DNA from: a virus | Lineage: Duplodnaviria > Caudoviricetes | DNA: 64,000 bases | Reading direction: 5' to 3' (one strand) | IMG/VR virus record: IMGVR_UViG_3300033463_000010 | Coordinates: 149,232-213,231 of that record | In this document: positions 46,751-56,295 of the stretch, in pieces | Layout: each line of letters opens with the position of its first letter | How positions within the stretch are numbered: the stretch's first letter is position 1 | Notes under the pieces: model-generated | Database searches by the model: none | What the model was told of the DNA's origin: nothing | Seen by the model: the letters and a program-made list of their open reading frames with translations, nothing else | Made by a program: the position numbers and the translations under genes

Positions 46751-48082
46751 TTATTTACGCAGGGCTGCGTATTCGTCGGGATAGGCTTTCTGTATTGCTT
46801 CTTCGGTAATCGTGTAGGTCTTAATCCCGTCGGCAGCATATACCTCGTTCAAGCGGGTCGCTGCGTCGGGATAAAGTTTCATAAGCACGTCTAGCTTCGT
46901 GTCGGGGTCTTCGCCATAGAGAGTAGCCAACCGCATAACGCCACACTTCATTTGCAGGTCGTAAAGTTCCGCACGGGTGAGTTTCTTCGGCTTCTGTTCT
47001 TTGGGGACGACCACGGCAGTTTCGTCGTGGGAGCCATCAGCAGCGTCAAGATGGACGCTTGACACCTGTTCAGCGGTAATAACGGGCTTGCCCGTTTTTT
47101 CCACGACCTGCTTTGCTTCTTCCACGTTCTCAACCACGGGAAGTTCCTGGGGTTCTGCGGGCTTCACTTCAAGCACGGTATCGTGGTCTTCAAGGAACCC
47201 CACGGATTCGGCAGCGTCCACGGTTTCGGGTTCTGCGGGCTTCGCCTTAATTTGCAGGTCAATGTGGTCCACGGTATTGGTGGCAACCGCTTGAACGTCC
47301 ACAGTAAGCGTCCCGTCTTCGGACAGGTCCTTGATTTCCTTGCTGACAACCTGCATTTCGGGGTGAACCAGGGTGGTTACGGTTTCTGCCGTTTCCAGGA
47401 CGCTTTCCTTGACATCTTCGGGAATGTCTGCGACGCTTGCGGGTTCCTTTGGCGGGTAGTTCTCATAAGACGGTGCCAGGGCTTCCAGGCATTCGGCTTC
47501 GTTCTTGATTAGCCCGCTAGGTATCGGGTCAAGAACGCCCAATGGTTTTTCAGCAGCTTGTGGTTCCCTGTCCACCAACTTGACATTCTTAAAGAAGTTC
47601 AAGGCATCCCCGACCACGCCACGATGCGACATCGGACCAAACAGGTGTTCGGGTTCTTCCTGCGGTTCGGCTATCGGCTGTGCAATCGGTGGACCTGGGG
47701 GAATAGGGGTCTGCACACAGTCGGGACCCGCCAACAGGCAATCGCAGGTGTCCTGTTCCTGTTGGGACGGTTCCACCTTTTCAGCCTGCTTTTCGCAAAC
47801 TTCGTCGTCGGAGCCGAGGACATTGTTCAAGGCTTCCATAAGTTCTTCAAACGTAGTGCCCGTGAACGGCTTATAAAGCACCATAATGTTGGTGAGTTCC
47901 AACATACCGTTATCGGCTTTCTTTTCGTCGTAGCAAAGCCCGAAGACGGGATATTCCCTGTGTTTGACCTTGCTGCCGTCTTCGGCAACCGTGCCCTTAA
48001 CGTCAGCCTTGTAGTTGGCACGGGCAAAGTAGCGAAGGTTTTTGGATTGGTTCTTCGTAATGAGCATAGTCTTAAACTCCAA
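46751..48082 (-). CDS. acidic Pro/Glu-rich hypothetical protein
   Basis: long ORF with low-complexity centre. Confidence 0.7.
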   Translation of the reverse strand: MEFKTMLITKNQSKNLRYFARANYKADVKGTVAEDGSKVKHREYPVFGLCYDEKKADNGMLELTNIMVLYKPFTGTTFEELMEALNNVLGSDDEVCEKQAEKVEPSQQEQDTCDCLLAGPDCVQTPIPPGPPIAQPIAEPQEEPEHLFGPMSHRGVVGDALNFFKNVKLVDREPQAAEKPLGVLDPIPSGLIKNEAECLEALAPSYENYPPKEPASVADIPEDVKESVLETAETVTTLVHPEMQVVSKEIKDLSEDGTLTVDVQAVATNTVDHIDLQIKAKPAEPETVDAAESVGFLEDHDTVLEVKPAEPQELPVVENVEEAKQVVEKTGKPVITAEQVSSVHLDAADGSHDETAVVVPKEQKPKKLTRAELYDLQMKCGVMRLATLYGEDPDTKLDVLMKLYPDAATRLNEVYAADGIKTYTITEEAIQKAYPDEYAALRK

Positions 48083-48920
48083 TGTTGCCGTAAATGTAGA
48101 ACGGACCCGTGAGTGCTTTCAAGCGGGCGTTCGCTTTTTCGTAGTAGGTCTTGTCCGTTTCAAAACCTATAAACTTTCGCTTTTCCATAACCGCAGCGAT
48201 AGCGGTTGTCCCGCTACCCATACAGTTGTCCAGGATAACTTCGCCTGGATTCGTGAACGTGCGTATAAGGTATCGGAGCAGTTCAACGGGCTTCTGCGTC
48301 GGGTGCAGGACCGTGGATTCGTGTTCACGCTGAATAGCGATAATGCTTCGGGGCAGCTTCTTACCGTCGGGCACGGTCGCTTCAACACGCTTAACACTGT
48401 CGTAGGTCCTGCCCTCGTAATCACGCCCGAAGTCCTTTTTGGGCGGGTCGCTCAAATTCAAATGTGCCCCGTAGCAGTTGTTGGTCTGCTTATGGGGTCC
48501 GCTTCCACGGGAGTGGTTAAGCGGACCGTCTTCATACTGCGGGTTGTAGGTCGGCAGGGACTTGTAGAACACGGCAATATCTTCGTGGCAACGCATAGGC
48601 ATACGGTTGGCATTGAGAAAGCCCGTCACCCTGCACTTGTCCCATACCAGGTTGTAACGCCACAGCTTTTCGTTTGAGAGCATAAGTTTGGCGGTGAACA
48701 TTCCCTGGCAAAATAACAGGATAGCCCCATTATCCTTGATTACACGTTCATACTGTGCCCACAGCGGTTCAAAAGGAATAATCCTATCCCATTGGGCGTT
48801 CGGGTTATTCTTATGCAGAACTTCGTAGGGCAAGTCACAAATAATAGCGTCAATGCTGCCGTCGGGGATTTCTTTCATACCCTCAAGGCAGTCCATATTG
48901 TAAATTCGGTTTAGGTCCAT
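48072..48920 (-). CDS. DNA amino-methyltransferase, beta class (paralog 4)
   Basis: CDLPY, HPTQKP, DNCMGSGTT. Confidence 0.93.
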   Translation of the reverse strand: MDLNRIYNMDCLEGMKEIPDGSIDAIICDLPYEVLHKNNPNAQWDRIIPFEPLWAQYERVIKDNGAILLFCQGMFTAKLMLSNEKLWRYNLVWDKCRVTGFLNANRMPMRCHEDIAVFYKSLPTYNPQYEDGPLNHSRGSGPHKQTNNCYGAHLNLSDPPKKDFGRDYEGRTYDSVKRVEATVPDGKKLPRSIIAIQREHESTVLHPTQKPVELLRYLIRTFTNPGEVILDNCMGSGTTAIAAVMEKRKFIGFETDKTYYEKANARLKALTGPFYIYGNIGV

Positions 48921-48944
48921 ATTACAAATATAGCAGTTTAGCGG

Positions 48945-49157
48945 TTAATCGTGATACGGGACAGCGAACCACCACTTTACGGGAACTTGCAGGCAACGCC
49001 CGATATGCGGGGAAAAGACACTGAATCGCTGCGAGAAAAAATCATAGTAGCCCGTGCAGGGTTCGGAGCAGCCCTCAATGATTACCAGGTAAGACAGGGG
49101 CTTCGGGTCCATACTGCTAGGGCGAACGTCCTTAAACTTGTGCCAGGTTCCGAACAT
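48945..49157 (-). CDS. DUF551-like small protein
   Basis: WHKF.D..P...V.WW. Confidence 0.5.
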   Translation of the reverse strand: MFGTWHKFKDVRPSSMDPKPLSYLVIIEGCSEPCTGYYDFFSQRFSVFSPHIGRCLQVPVKWWFAVPYHD

Positions 49158-49160
49158 AGG

Positions 49161-49595
49161 CTAGTCCTTGTTTACGACCACCACGGGGGTAGCACTAATG
49201 AACGACGGGTTACGCCCGTAGCTATACTGCATAATCAAATTCTTACGGCATTTTTTGACTTTCAAATAGACATTCAACCAAATATGGAACCATTCAACAG
49301 GCGTGTGACGCACGGACATAGTTTTGTCCGTATCGGGGATAGGGATAGCACCCACGGTAAGGGGTCGCCCCGCCATATTCGGGTTGTTGCTGTATGACTG
49401 CGTGAGAGCCATCATAGCGTTGGCATAGCGTTCACGCAATTCATACATAGCCAATTTGTGCTTGAAGTCGGATTCGGCTTTGCACCGTTCAAAGCGGTCC
49501 ACCTGGTCTTTAAGGACCGATGCCTGGTCTAGCAGCTTCCCTGCAAGTTCCAGGTGCGTGTCCAGGACTTGAATAAATTCTTTCGGTATAGGCAT
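49161..49595 (-). CDS. hypothetical protein
   Basis: ORF tiling. Confidence 0.6.
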   Translation of the reverse strand: MPIPKEFIQVLDTHLELAGKLLDQASVLKDQVDRFERCKAESDFKHKLAMYELRERYANAMMALTQSYSNNPNMAGRPLTVGAIPIPDTDKTMSVRHTPVEWFHIWLNVYLKVKKCRKNLIMQYSYGRNPSFISATPVVVVNKD

Positions 49596-49606
49596 AGTGA
49601 CCCCAT

Positions 49607-49804
49607 TTAAGCGTCTTCTTCATTGATAATCGTAATGGATTCAATACGTTCAACGTCACGCTGTTGGAAAATCTTTTCAAAGAGTTTAGCCCTGTTTTCA
49701 GCCATACATTCCACCGTGTAGGCTTCACGCTTCACGCTTGCAGGGCGGTTTTGCGTGGCTGCTAACTTGTGGCAATCAATAAGGACATAAGTATAGTATT
49801 TCAC
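49607..49804 (-). CDS. hypothetical protein
   Basis: GGAGG RBS. Confidence 0.6.
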   Translation of the reverse strand: MKYYTYVLIDCHKLAATQNRPASVKREAYTVECMAENRAKLFEKIFQQRDVERIESITIINEEDA

Positions 49805-49816
49805 TACAGCCTCCTG

Positions 49817-50452
49817 TTATTTGATTAAAAGCACGTTATAGGCGTTCAAGCCCGAAGTAGTTTGATACGGGACACGCATACGGAAATCCCCACGAATCCC
49901 GTTAGCATAGCCGTCGTCGGGGTTGAATTGAATAAGGCAGTAGCCCCCGTCGCACGGGTCCACGGTCCCCGTCAAGAACCACATATCACGCCCGTAGTTT
50001 TTGTTTATGCCCCACTTACTGTCTTCAATGAAACAGTATTCGTGATAGCCCCCTACACGGTCCAGGAACGCTTTGGCGTTCTGTAAATAGCTGTCACGGA
50101 TATTGTCGGTAGGGTTGGAATTAGCCTTACCCTGCGTGGCACCCATATAGCGGGCAGCGTCAATGAAATCGTCAATGGTCGGCAACCGCCAACCGTTCGG
50201 CAGTTCGCTCAAAATGCGTTTAATAGCCGTGGTCGTATAGTAGTAAACCCTGTCGGCAAAATCCACGACATAAACGCCCCGACCAAAGTCGTCAATGCTC
50301 AAACGCTTTGCCGTCCAGGTCTTGCCGTTAATCGCCACGGTTTCGGGGTTGAAATCCTTTACAGGCGTGACGGGGTTACTATAAAGGGTATAGGCATACC
50401 CGATAAAGTCGGACATACCCATATTCCTTACGAGGTTACAGTCTAGTGCCAT
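49817..50452 (-). CDS. Fib_succ_major (FISUMP)-like domain protein
   Basis: TVAINGKTWTAKRL...YYY...LPNGWRLPT.DD. Confidence 0.7.
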   Translation of the reverse strand: MALDCNLVRNMGMSDFIGYAYTLYSNPVTPVKDFNPETVAINGKTWTAKRLSIDDFGRGVYVVDFADRVYYYTTTAIKRILSELPNGWRLPTIDDFIDAARYMGATQGKANSNPTDNIRDSYLQNAKAFLDRVGGYHEYCFIEDSKWGINKNYGRDMWFLTGTVDPCDGGYCLIQFNPDDGYANGIRGDFRMRVPYQTTSGLNAYNVLLIK

Positions 50453-50463
50453 AGAGCCACCGC

Positions 50464-50775
50464 CTAGTCAAAGAAACCAACTTCTGCCATAGCGTCCGTG
50501 ACCAACTTCACCTGGTAGGCGTAGTTGTAGCCGTCCAGGTTCACGGTCTTGTGACGGTTTCCCTGGGCGATATGGACCAGGAGGCACGGGCTTTTCGTGA
50601 AGTAGAAGTTCCAATGGTCAATAGCACCGTTCGGACGCTGTTCAACCCAATGTTCGGGCTTCCAACCCATAGTGTGCATAAGGTCTGCGACGAACACGAC
50701 AATGGGCAGGTTCGGGTCCAGGAAGTTTTGGGTGATGCCGTTGGCGATTTCTGCGATTTCCTTGTTCATAGTCAT
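50464..50775 (-). CDS. hypothetical protein
   Basis: AACCGAGGATAGCACA RBS. Confidence 0.7.
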   Translation of the reverse strand: MTMNKEIAEIANGITQNFLDPNLPIVVFVADLMHTMGWKPEHWVEQRPNGAIDHWNFYFTKSPCLLVHIAQGNRHKTVNLDGYNYAYQVKLVTDAMAEVGFFD

Positions 50776-50789
50776 TGTGCTATCCTCGG

Positions 50790-51113
50790 TTAGATATGGT
50801 TTTCCTTGACGAAAGTGCTGTTAGAGTAAATGGACGAAGCGATTGTATTCACTGCGGTCAAGAGCGTGTCCTTGTCGTCAAGCTGTGCAGGGACCTTGAA
50901 ATCCAGGATAGCCGTTCCGTTGACGGGACAATCGCTCAAATCAACGGGAACACCGTTAGCCCGAAAGGAATGTGCAGTGAAACTCCAAACGCCTGCAAAA
51001 ATGTCATAGCTTGCATCAATGTAGAAAGCTGCGTTACGCTTCGTCGCCTTTGCGAACCACTGCTTGACCTGCTTTCCATTACGGGTATATTTGAGAATTG
51101 TTTCTACTGCCAT
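50790..51113 (-). CDS. early hypothetical protein
   Basis: follows early promoter copy 6. Confidence 0.7.
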   Translation of the reverse strand: MAVETILKYTRNGKQVKQWFAKATKRNAAFYIDASYDIFAGVWSFTAHSFRANGVPVDLSDCPVNGTAILDFKVPAQLDDKDTLLTAVNTIASSIYSNSTFVKENHI

Positions 51114-51187
51114 TGGGCTATCCTCGGTTATTGGTTGTCTTTCTGCGTATAATATAACAAAATACCTGTCGTTCGTCAACAGGTATT
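51114..51187 (-). promoter_or_regulatory. early promoter (copy 6)
   Basis: TTGACG-17-TATATT; AATACCTG/CAGGTATT inverted repeat. Confidence 0.85.
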
Positions 51188-51212
51188 GTTAAAATAATAT
51201 GTTATATTTTTA

Positions 51213-52538
51213 TTACATACAGCAAATGTCTTGCCGTGTGAGCGGGCGACCGCAGACGGGGCAGGCTACGCCCTCAAGGTCGCTGTATGCGTCGTCCAGG
51301 TAGTCGTTGCAGTCCGAAATATCCTCTACGGCACCCCTGTAATTATGGATTGAGCGTGAAAGTGCCGAAAGTTCCCTGTCGGACCACTTGCACGGCTTCG
51401 GGGCTTTCAGCTTCGCAATCTTCCCCAGGGCGGTATCGGCAACGTCCAGGGTTTCAGTGACTTCTTCGTAGTTACGGATAGACTGCACTAGCGGACGCAG
51501 GCGACCTCCCCATTTGCACGGCTTCGGTTCCTGCAAGTCTTCCAGGGCGTTCAAAGCGGACCTGCACCGACGATAGCGGGTCACGACGGAACCATACTGC
51601 GTGATAGAATCCGAAAGGGCTACAAGTTCCTTTTCCGTATGCTTCGGGGGCTGCGGGAACACCAGGGCACCCAACTTGTCAAGGGCGGGCGTTACACGGG
51701 CGAGAACACGGCAGGTCCCGACGTAGTTGTTGCAGATTTCAAGTTCCTTTTCCAATCCCTTGATTACTGCGGACTTGTCCCCGTTCTCAAGCCATTCGGG
51801 GATTTCGGGATAGTTCTTGGTAGCCTTGTAATCGTCAATAGTGCGTTTGAGTGCTTCCAACTTGCGGGTGAGTTCGTCAATCTTCGGCTGCGTAGCCTTT
51901 GCCTTTTCGTAAAGGTCTTCGGCTTTTTCCACCCAACTGAATGACCCCACGGACTTTTCAAGACCCTCAACCGTTTCCTGTGCGGTGTTCACCAGGTCCG
52001 ACGTGTCGGCAACCTTACGCTTTGCAAGCGTAAGAATATCGTCAACGCATTCAAGCCCCGCAAGTTCGTTCAAGTATTTGGACGCTTCGCCTGGGGTAGC
52101 TGCGAGCAGGAACGGTGCGTCAAACTGCTTCTGCACGGAAGCGTCTGCCAGGTTGAACAGCTTCGTGACGGCTTCGGGCACGTCGGTTCGGAGTGCTTCG
52201 TAAACCGTGTCGTCCACAATGTAGCCGTTAAAGGTGTTGGACCGCTTGCGTTCTACTACGTGACCGTCCACCACTATCGTCACGGACGTATATTCGTCGT
52301 CCTTGAACTTAATAGTGCTGCTTTCCTTTGTCGTCGGTTTCTTGCTAGGCTTCGCCTGCTTCTGTGCCCAATACGAAACGAAATCGTGCGGGGCTTCGTT
52401 GAACAGGACCCAATAGAACGCACGTAGCACGGCTGTCTTACCGTGGTTAGAACCACCCTGTAAAACGGTGGAACGCCCCAGGTCCAATTCAAGGTCCTTG
52501 TGGCATTGGAAATTGTGCAATTTAATCTTTGTTATCAT
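51213..52538 (-). CDS. sbcC: SbcC/Rad50 N-terminal half (Walker A, coiled coil, Zn hook)
   Basis: ITKIKLHNFQCH, GGSNHGKT, Q-loop QKQFD, terminal CPVCG. Confidence 0.85.
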   Translation of the reverse strand: MITKIKLHNFQCHKDLELDLGRSTVLQGGSNHGKTAVLRAFYWVLFNEAPHDFVSYWAQKQAKPSKKPTTKESSTIKFKDDEYTSVTIVVDGHVVERKRSNTFNGYIVDDTVYEALRTDVPEAVTKLFNLADASVQKQFDAPFLLAATPGEASKYLNELAGLECVDDILTLAKRKVADTSDLVNTAQETVEGLEKSVGSFSWVEKAEDLYEKAKATQPKIDELTRKLEALKRTIDDYKATKNYPEIPEWLENGDKSAVIKGLEKELEICNNYVGTCRVLARVTPALDKLGALVFPQPPKHTEKELVALSDSITQYGSVVTRYRRCRSALNALEDLQEPKPCKWGGRLRPLVQSIRNYEEVTETLDVADTALGKIAKLKAPKPCKWSDRELSALSRSIHNYRGAVEDISDCNDYLDDAYSDLEGVACPVCGRPLTRQDICCM

Positions 52539-52563
52539 AATAATATATAGTCGTGTAGCGTTA

Positions 52564-52767
52564 TTATCGCTGTGAGCCCAACTGCATAAATTCGTGAAGT
52601 TTCCGTTGGCAGTCTTCACACAGGTTATAGTTCACGTAGGAATGTGCGTATTCTTCGTGGCAGTTGGACCAATCCGTATTCGCCACGACCTTTACGGAAC
52701 CGCCCATATCCAGGGTGTTGTTGTATCGGGCGGGCTTGCTGTGACAGCGGGAGCATTCACCGTTCAT
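52564..52767 (-). CDS. Zn-finger hypothetical protein
   Basis: CSRC...LCEDC. Confidence 0.6.
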   Translation of the reverse strand: MNGECSRCHSKPARYNNTLDMGGSVKVVANTDWSNCHEEYAHSYVNYNLCEDCQRKLHEFMQLGSQR

Positions 52768-52855
52768 AAAGACCCCTATTGGTTGCTAATGCAAAGGAAC
52801 AGCATTCCTGCTGCCCCTAGAATGAACGCTAGTCCATACTGCAAGATTTTGAAAA

Positions 52856-53491
52856 TCACTTAATGAGTTCCTTCGGCAAAAGGCGTTCCCTGGTTTCGGG
52901 GTAGCGACAAATCAAGTAGCCACGGAGCATAGCATAATAGACCTTGTAAAGACCCTGTGCAGGACCGTAAATATGCGTATCAATTTGGAAGAACGCACTC
53001 AAGAACGGTAGCAGTGGATTGTCTGCGTAACGCTTGACGGGTAAATCCTTTGTATATTCGTCCATACACGGGAACATCACCATCGGGCGTTCCGTTATAG
53101 CGACAACGCATAGGGCGGTTTTCTTATAGGCGTAGGTAAACTTCGTTACGCTTTTCAGTTTCTCAACGTTTTCAGTCAAGCCCAAACTCTTTGTAAGGCT
53201 GCGGGCGAAGTCTGCCAAGAAATTGAACTGTTCTTCGGAACAGTCCATAAGGCTTTCAAGAATGCCCTGGGGCTTTTTATTACGCAAGCGTTCAAGCAGG
53301 CACTTGCCCAACTCCGTGACCTTGTAACCCCACGGGTCCGTGTCTTTCTTTACGGGCTGTGCCTTGTCTTCAATATCCTTGCGACGCTTTACGCTCTTTT
53401 CAAGAGCCTTGCGACGGTCTGCAACCCTTTCAAAGACAGCCTTGTATTTAGGCTTTTCGGCTTTTACGGGTTTCTGTTTTTTGGTAGCCAT
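52856..53491 (-). CDS. hypothetical protein
   Basis: ACCGAGGA RBS. Confidence 0.7.
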   Translation of the reverse strand: MATKKQKPVKAEKPKYKAVFERVADRRKALEKSVKRRKDIEDKAQPVKKDTDPWGYKVTELGKCLLERLRNKKPQGILESLMDCSEEQFNFLADFARSLTKSLGLTENVEKLKSVTKFTYAYKKTALCVVAITERPMVMFPCMDEYTKDLPVKRYADNPLLPFLSAFFQIDTHIYGPAQGLYKVYYAMLRGYLICRYPETRERLLPKELIK

Positions 53492-53708
53492 TTCGTTTCC
53501 TCGGTTTTTGTGAAAAGTTGTATGAATAAGTTTGTCCGTTGTCGGACAAGCAGCCTGCCGTAACGTCCAGGCATTGAAAGGTCCGTGAAACTTCGTCGTC
53601 CACCTGGGGTTCTACAAGTTTACGGAGTTCCGTTTCGGACAAGGTGCTGCTGTTCGCAGACACCTTAACCGTCACGGTGTAAGTCTTTTCAAAGACCAAT
53701 TTAGCCAT
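53448..53708 (-). CDS. hypothetical protein
   Basis: likely start MAKLV. Confidence 0.5.
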   Translation of the reverse strand: MAKLVFEKTYTVTVKVSANSSTLSETELRKLVEPQVDDEVSRTFQCLDVTAGCLSDNGQTYSYNFSQKPRKRNGYQKTETRKSRKA

Positions 53709-53903
53709 TAAGCCATTCCTCTTCGGGGATAACCTTGATACGTTTTGTAACTTCGGATATGAACACGTCGTCACCTAGATTTTGGCTCTTAACAAAGGTG
53801 GCGTGTTCCACAGCGGATTTCTTTGTCCCGAACGTTGCGGTGAAGTTTTCGTGTGAAACCTTGTCATACCAGGTTACGTTATATTCAATAACTACGTTTT
53901 CCA
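53701..53903 (-). CDS. hypothetical protein
   Basis: AAGGAAA RBS before MENVV. Confidence 0.6.
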
Positions 53904-53954
53904 TTTTTGTTTTCCTTTTCTTAAAGTGGCAAGGATAAAATAACAAAAATGGTT

Positions 53955-54536
53955 TTAAAACGAATACTCTTTGTCTGCGTCAATATCGGTTCCCGCCACG
54001 TCGCCAACCATAAGGACTTGAACGCCTATCTTGTCCACAAGCGTAGCGATTACCTGCCCAAGTTCCTTACGGGGCTTGACTTCTTCACCGTCACGCAAAT
54101 GCCCGAACGGTTCGTCAAGCAGCAGGAACGGTCGCTTGCCTGCAAGACGCAAGCAGCCGACACGCAGGGCGAAGCTAACGGAGTCAACTAGACCGCCACC
54201 CGAAGAATCCAACGGGTCCAACTTCGCACCGCCCTTGCAAATACGGAACTCCGTGTCAACCTTGCCACGCTTCGGGACAAAGTTCACGGCAAATTCGTAA
54301 CCAGGGAAAAGCAGGTCCAGGCAATTCTGCACGGACCTTTGAACAGCGTCTTTAAGTTGGTCCTGCGTCTTTGACGCAACGTCCTGCAAGAGAGCCAGGG
54401 CTTTCTTTTGGTTGCTGCAATCAGCCTGCAAGCCTTCCAACTTCTTTCGGTTGTCTGCAAGCGACTTTTCGGCAAGGTCAAGTTGGGCACGACCCGACAC
54501 GACTTTCTTGTGAAAATCTTCCAGGGTCAGCGACAT
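53955..54536 (-). CDS. sbcC: SbcC/Rad50 C-terminal half (ABC signature, Walker B)
   Basis: SSGGG...SFALR...LLLDEPF.HL. Confidence 0.85.
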   Translation of the reverse strand: MSLTLEDFHKKVVSGRAQLDLAEKSLADNRKKLEGLQADCSNQKKALALLQDVASKTQDQLKDAVQRSVQNCLDLLFPGYEFAVNFVPKRGKVDTEFRICKGGAKLDPLDSSGGGLVDSVSFALRVGCLRLAGKRPFLLLDEPFGHLRDGEEVKPRKELGQVIATLVDKIGVQVLMVGDVAGTDIDADKEYSF

Positions 54537-54778
54537 TACACACCCGCTTCGGTAAGAAGTTTGTCGGCAGCTTCAAGGTATTCTTCCTGGGCTGCACGGT
54601 TGTCTTCAAGTTCCTGCTCAATCTTTTCCTGCAACGCTTCGGCTTCTGCAAGGGAAGAAACGTTGTAGTCACGCTGCCAGGTTTCTTCAATAGCCTTTTT
54701 CTTGCCCTCGGCTTCGGAGCGTTGATTTTTGAGTTTGTCAATACGGGCTTTGACGTTTTCAATATCTACTGTTGCCAT
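54536..54778 (-). CDS. small coiled-coil protein (Mre11-Rad50 associated)
   Basis: translationally coupled to the Rad50 C-half. Confidence 0.7.
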   Translation of the reverse strand: MATVDIENVKARIDKLKNQRSEAEGKKKAIEETWQRDYNVSSLAEAEALQEKIEQELEDNRAAQEEYLEAADKLLTEAGV

Positions 54779-54823
54779 TTTTCGGTTTTCCTTTTTGGTT
54801 CTAATTGTTATATAGTCCGTGGG

Positions 54824-55762
54824 CTACTTTTTTTCTTCGGGGACATAGGAATCAATAATGTCCTGTGTAGCCTTGCGAACTTCCTTGTCCTTTTCTTTCA
54901 AAATCGCAGCCTGCACGTTTGCGATAAAGTCAAGGTGTGGGACTTCAAAATCCTGCAAGCCTTCCAGGTAGGTTTCAAGTTCCTGGCGGGATTCACGCTT
55001 CGGGTCGGGGTGGACCTTTCCGAACTTTTTGAGCGGGACTTCCTTTACGGACAAATCGGACGTGTCAAGAATGTAGCAGCGGGGCTTGTAGTCTTCCATA
55101 TCCGAAGCCTGGATATTCAAGCAGCCACAGGTCACGACGGACGCATTCTTGAAGTTCTTGATATAGCCGTGGTGATAGTCACCCGTAAGAATAAGCTGTG
55201 CGTTGGAACGCTCCAACAGTTCCTCGGCAATCACGCCAATGTCCGTGATAGGCTTGCCGTCCTTGTTATGCGGGCGAGCGTCGTTGTCGGGGAAGACAAG
55301 TTCGTGGACACACCAAATATCGCAATCGGGTATCTTTTCGGGTTCGGTCCCGAAAGGATATGCCTGGATTTCGGTCTTGATACTTTCGCCCTTAACGGTG
55401 TCAACGCAGGACGTGGAACGCAATTCCGTGACGTTGCTCAAAGAGAAAATCCCACCGATTGTGGACTTGCTGACATTCTCATATTGGTGGTGCAGTTCGT
55501 CGTGGTTCCCGATTAGGACACGCACGGGCGTGTTGCCAAAGCCCTGCAACAGACGCAAAGCCTGGTTCGTCGCTTCGGTTGAAGTGCGGGCACGGTGGAA
55601 CAGGTCGCCCAAAATCCACACTTCGTCGCAGTGTTCCTGTTCAACGATAGGGTAAAGCTGCTCAACAGACTGTCGCTGTTCTTCAAGCCAATTATCGGGG
55701 TCAACACGGCACGACGGGGCATCGCCACGCAAGTGCCAATCAGCCGTTAGTAAACACTTCAT
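54824..55762 (-). CDS. sbcD: SbcD/Mre11 nuclease
   Basis: ADWH, GDLFH, GNHD, GDYH. Confidence 0.9.
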   Translation of the reverse strand: MKCLLTADWHLRGDAPSCRVDPDNWLEEQRQSVEQLYPIVEQEHCDEVWILGDLFHRARTSTEATNQALRLLQGFGNTPVRVLIGNHDELHHQYENVSKSTIGGIFSLSNVTELRSTSCVDTVKGESIKTEIQAYPFGTEPEKIPDCDIWCVHELVFPDNDARPHNKDGKPITDIGVIAEELLERSNAQLILTGDYHHGYIKNFKNASVVTCGCLNIQASDMEDYKPRCYILDTSDLSVKEVPLKKFGKVHPDPKRESRQELETYLEGLQDFEVPHLDFIANVQAAILKEKDKEVRKATQDIIDSYVPEEKK

Positions 55763-55992
55763 TAACGCAATTCCTTCTTGTAGAAATCGTCTTCACTGTC
55801 CATAACGTCCACAGGCGAAACGAAGTAACCGCTACCCCTGGGAATGTTGCCGTCCGTGACCTGTTCGGATTTTTCCTTTTCAGCCTTGAACGCCTCTGCC
55901 AACTTTTTAGTGGAGCAGAACCATTCTTTCTTAAAAAGGTCGTTACCGCTGCGGGCACCGCTGTTTTTGGTAATCTTGTAAATCGTCTTCAT
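55762..55992 (-). CDS. hypothetical protein
   Basis: AAGGAAA RBS. Confidence 0.65.
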   Translation of the reverse strand: MKTIYKITKNSGARSGNDLFKKEWFCSTKKLAEAFKAEKEKSEQVTDGNIPRGSGYFVSPVDVMDSEDDFYKKELR

Positions 55993-56004
55993 AAGGGTTT
56001 TCCT

Positions 56005-56292
56005 TTATCCTGCATTGAAACTAGACAGGATAACTATTGCTTCTTTGTCGGTTTCCAGGTCGGTGTAGCCAACCGCTGAAATTTCTTCAACTTTCTGCCA
56101 ACGACCAATTTCAAAGTCGTAGTCGTATTGGACACGCTCGCTTCTGCCCTTGTAGTCCCCGTCCTGGGTTTCCTTGTCAAACACCTTGTCTTCCAAGAGT
56201 TGTTCCAACTTCTGCCTGTTGGCACAAGCGATAACGGCAGCGTCGTAGGTGTCGTAATCTACGTGATTGAGTTTAACTAGATATAATCGCAT
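56005..56292 (-). CDS. hypothetical protein (YDTYD...SFNAG type)
   Basis: motif typical of small phage proteins. Confidence 0.65.
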   Translation of the reverse strand: MRLYLVKLNHVDYDTYDAAVIACANRQKLEQLLEDKVFDKETQDGDYKGRSERVQYDYDFEIGRWQKVEEISAVGYTDLETDKEAIVILSSFNAG

Positions 56293-56295
56293 AGT

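Noticed and set aside
3907-51187. ORF-track N-terminal extensions such as MLYLGCKE.. (3957, 36044, 46706) and MTNDRY.. (51179)
   Set aside because: They are translations of the repeated promoter/leader; the true starts follow the ACCGAGG RBS.
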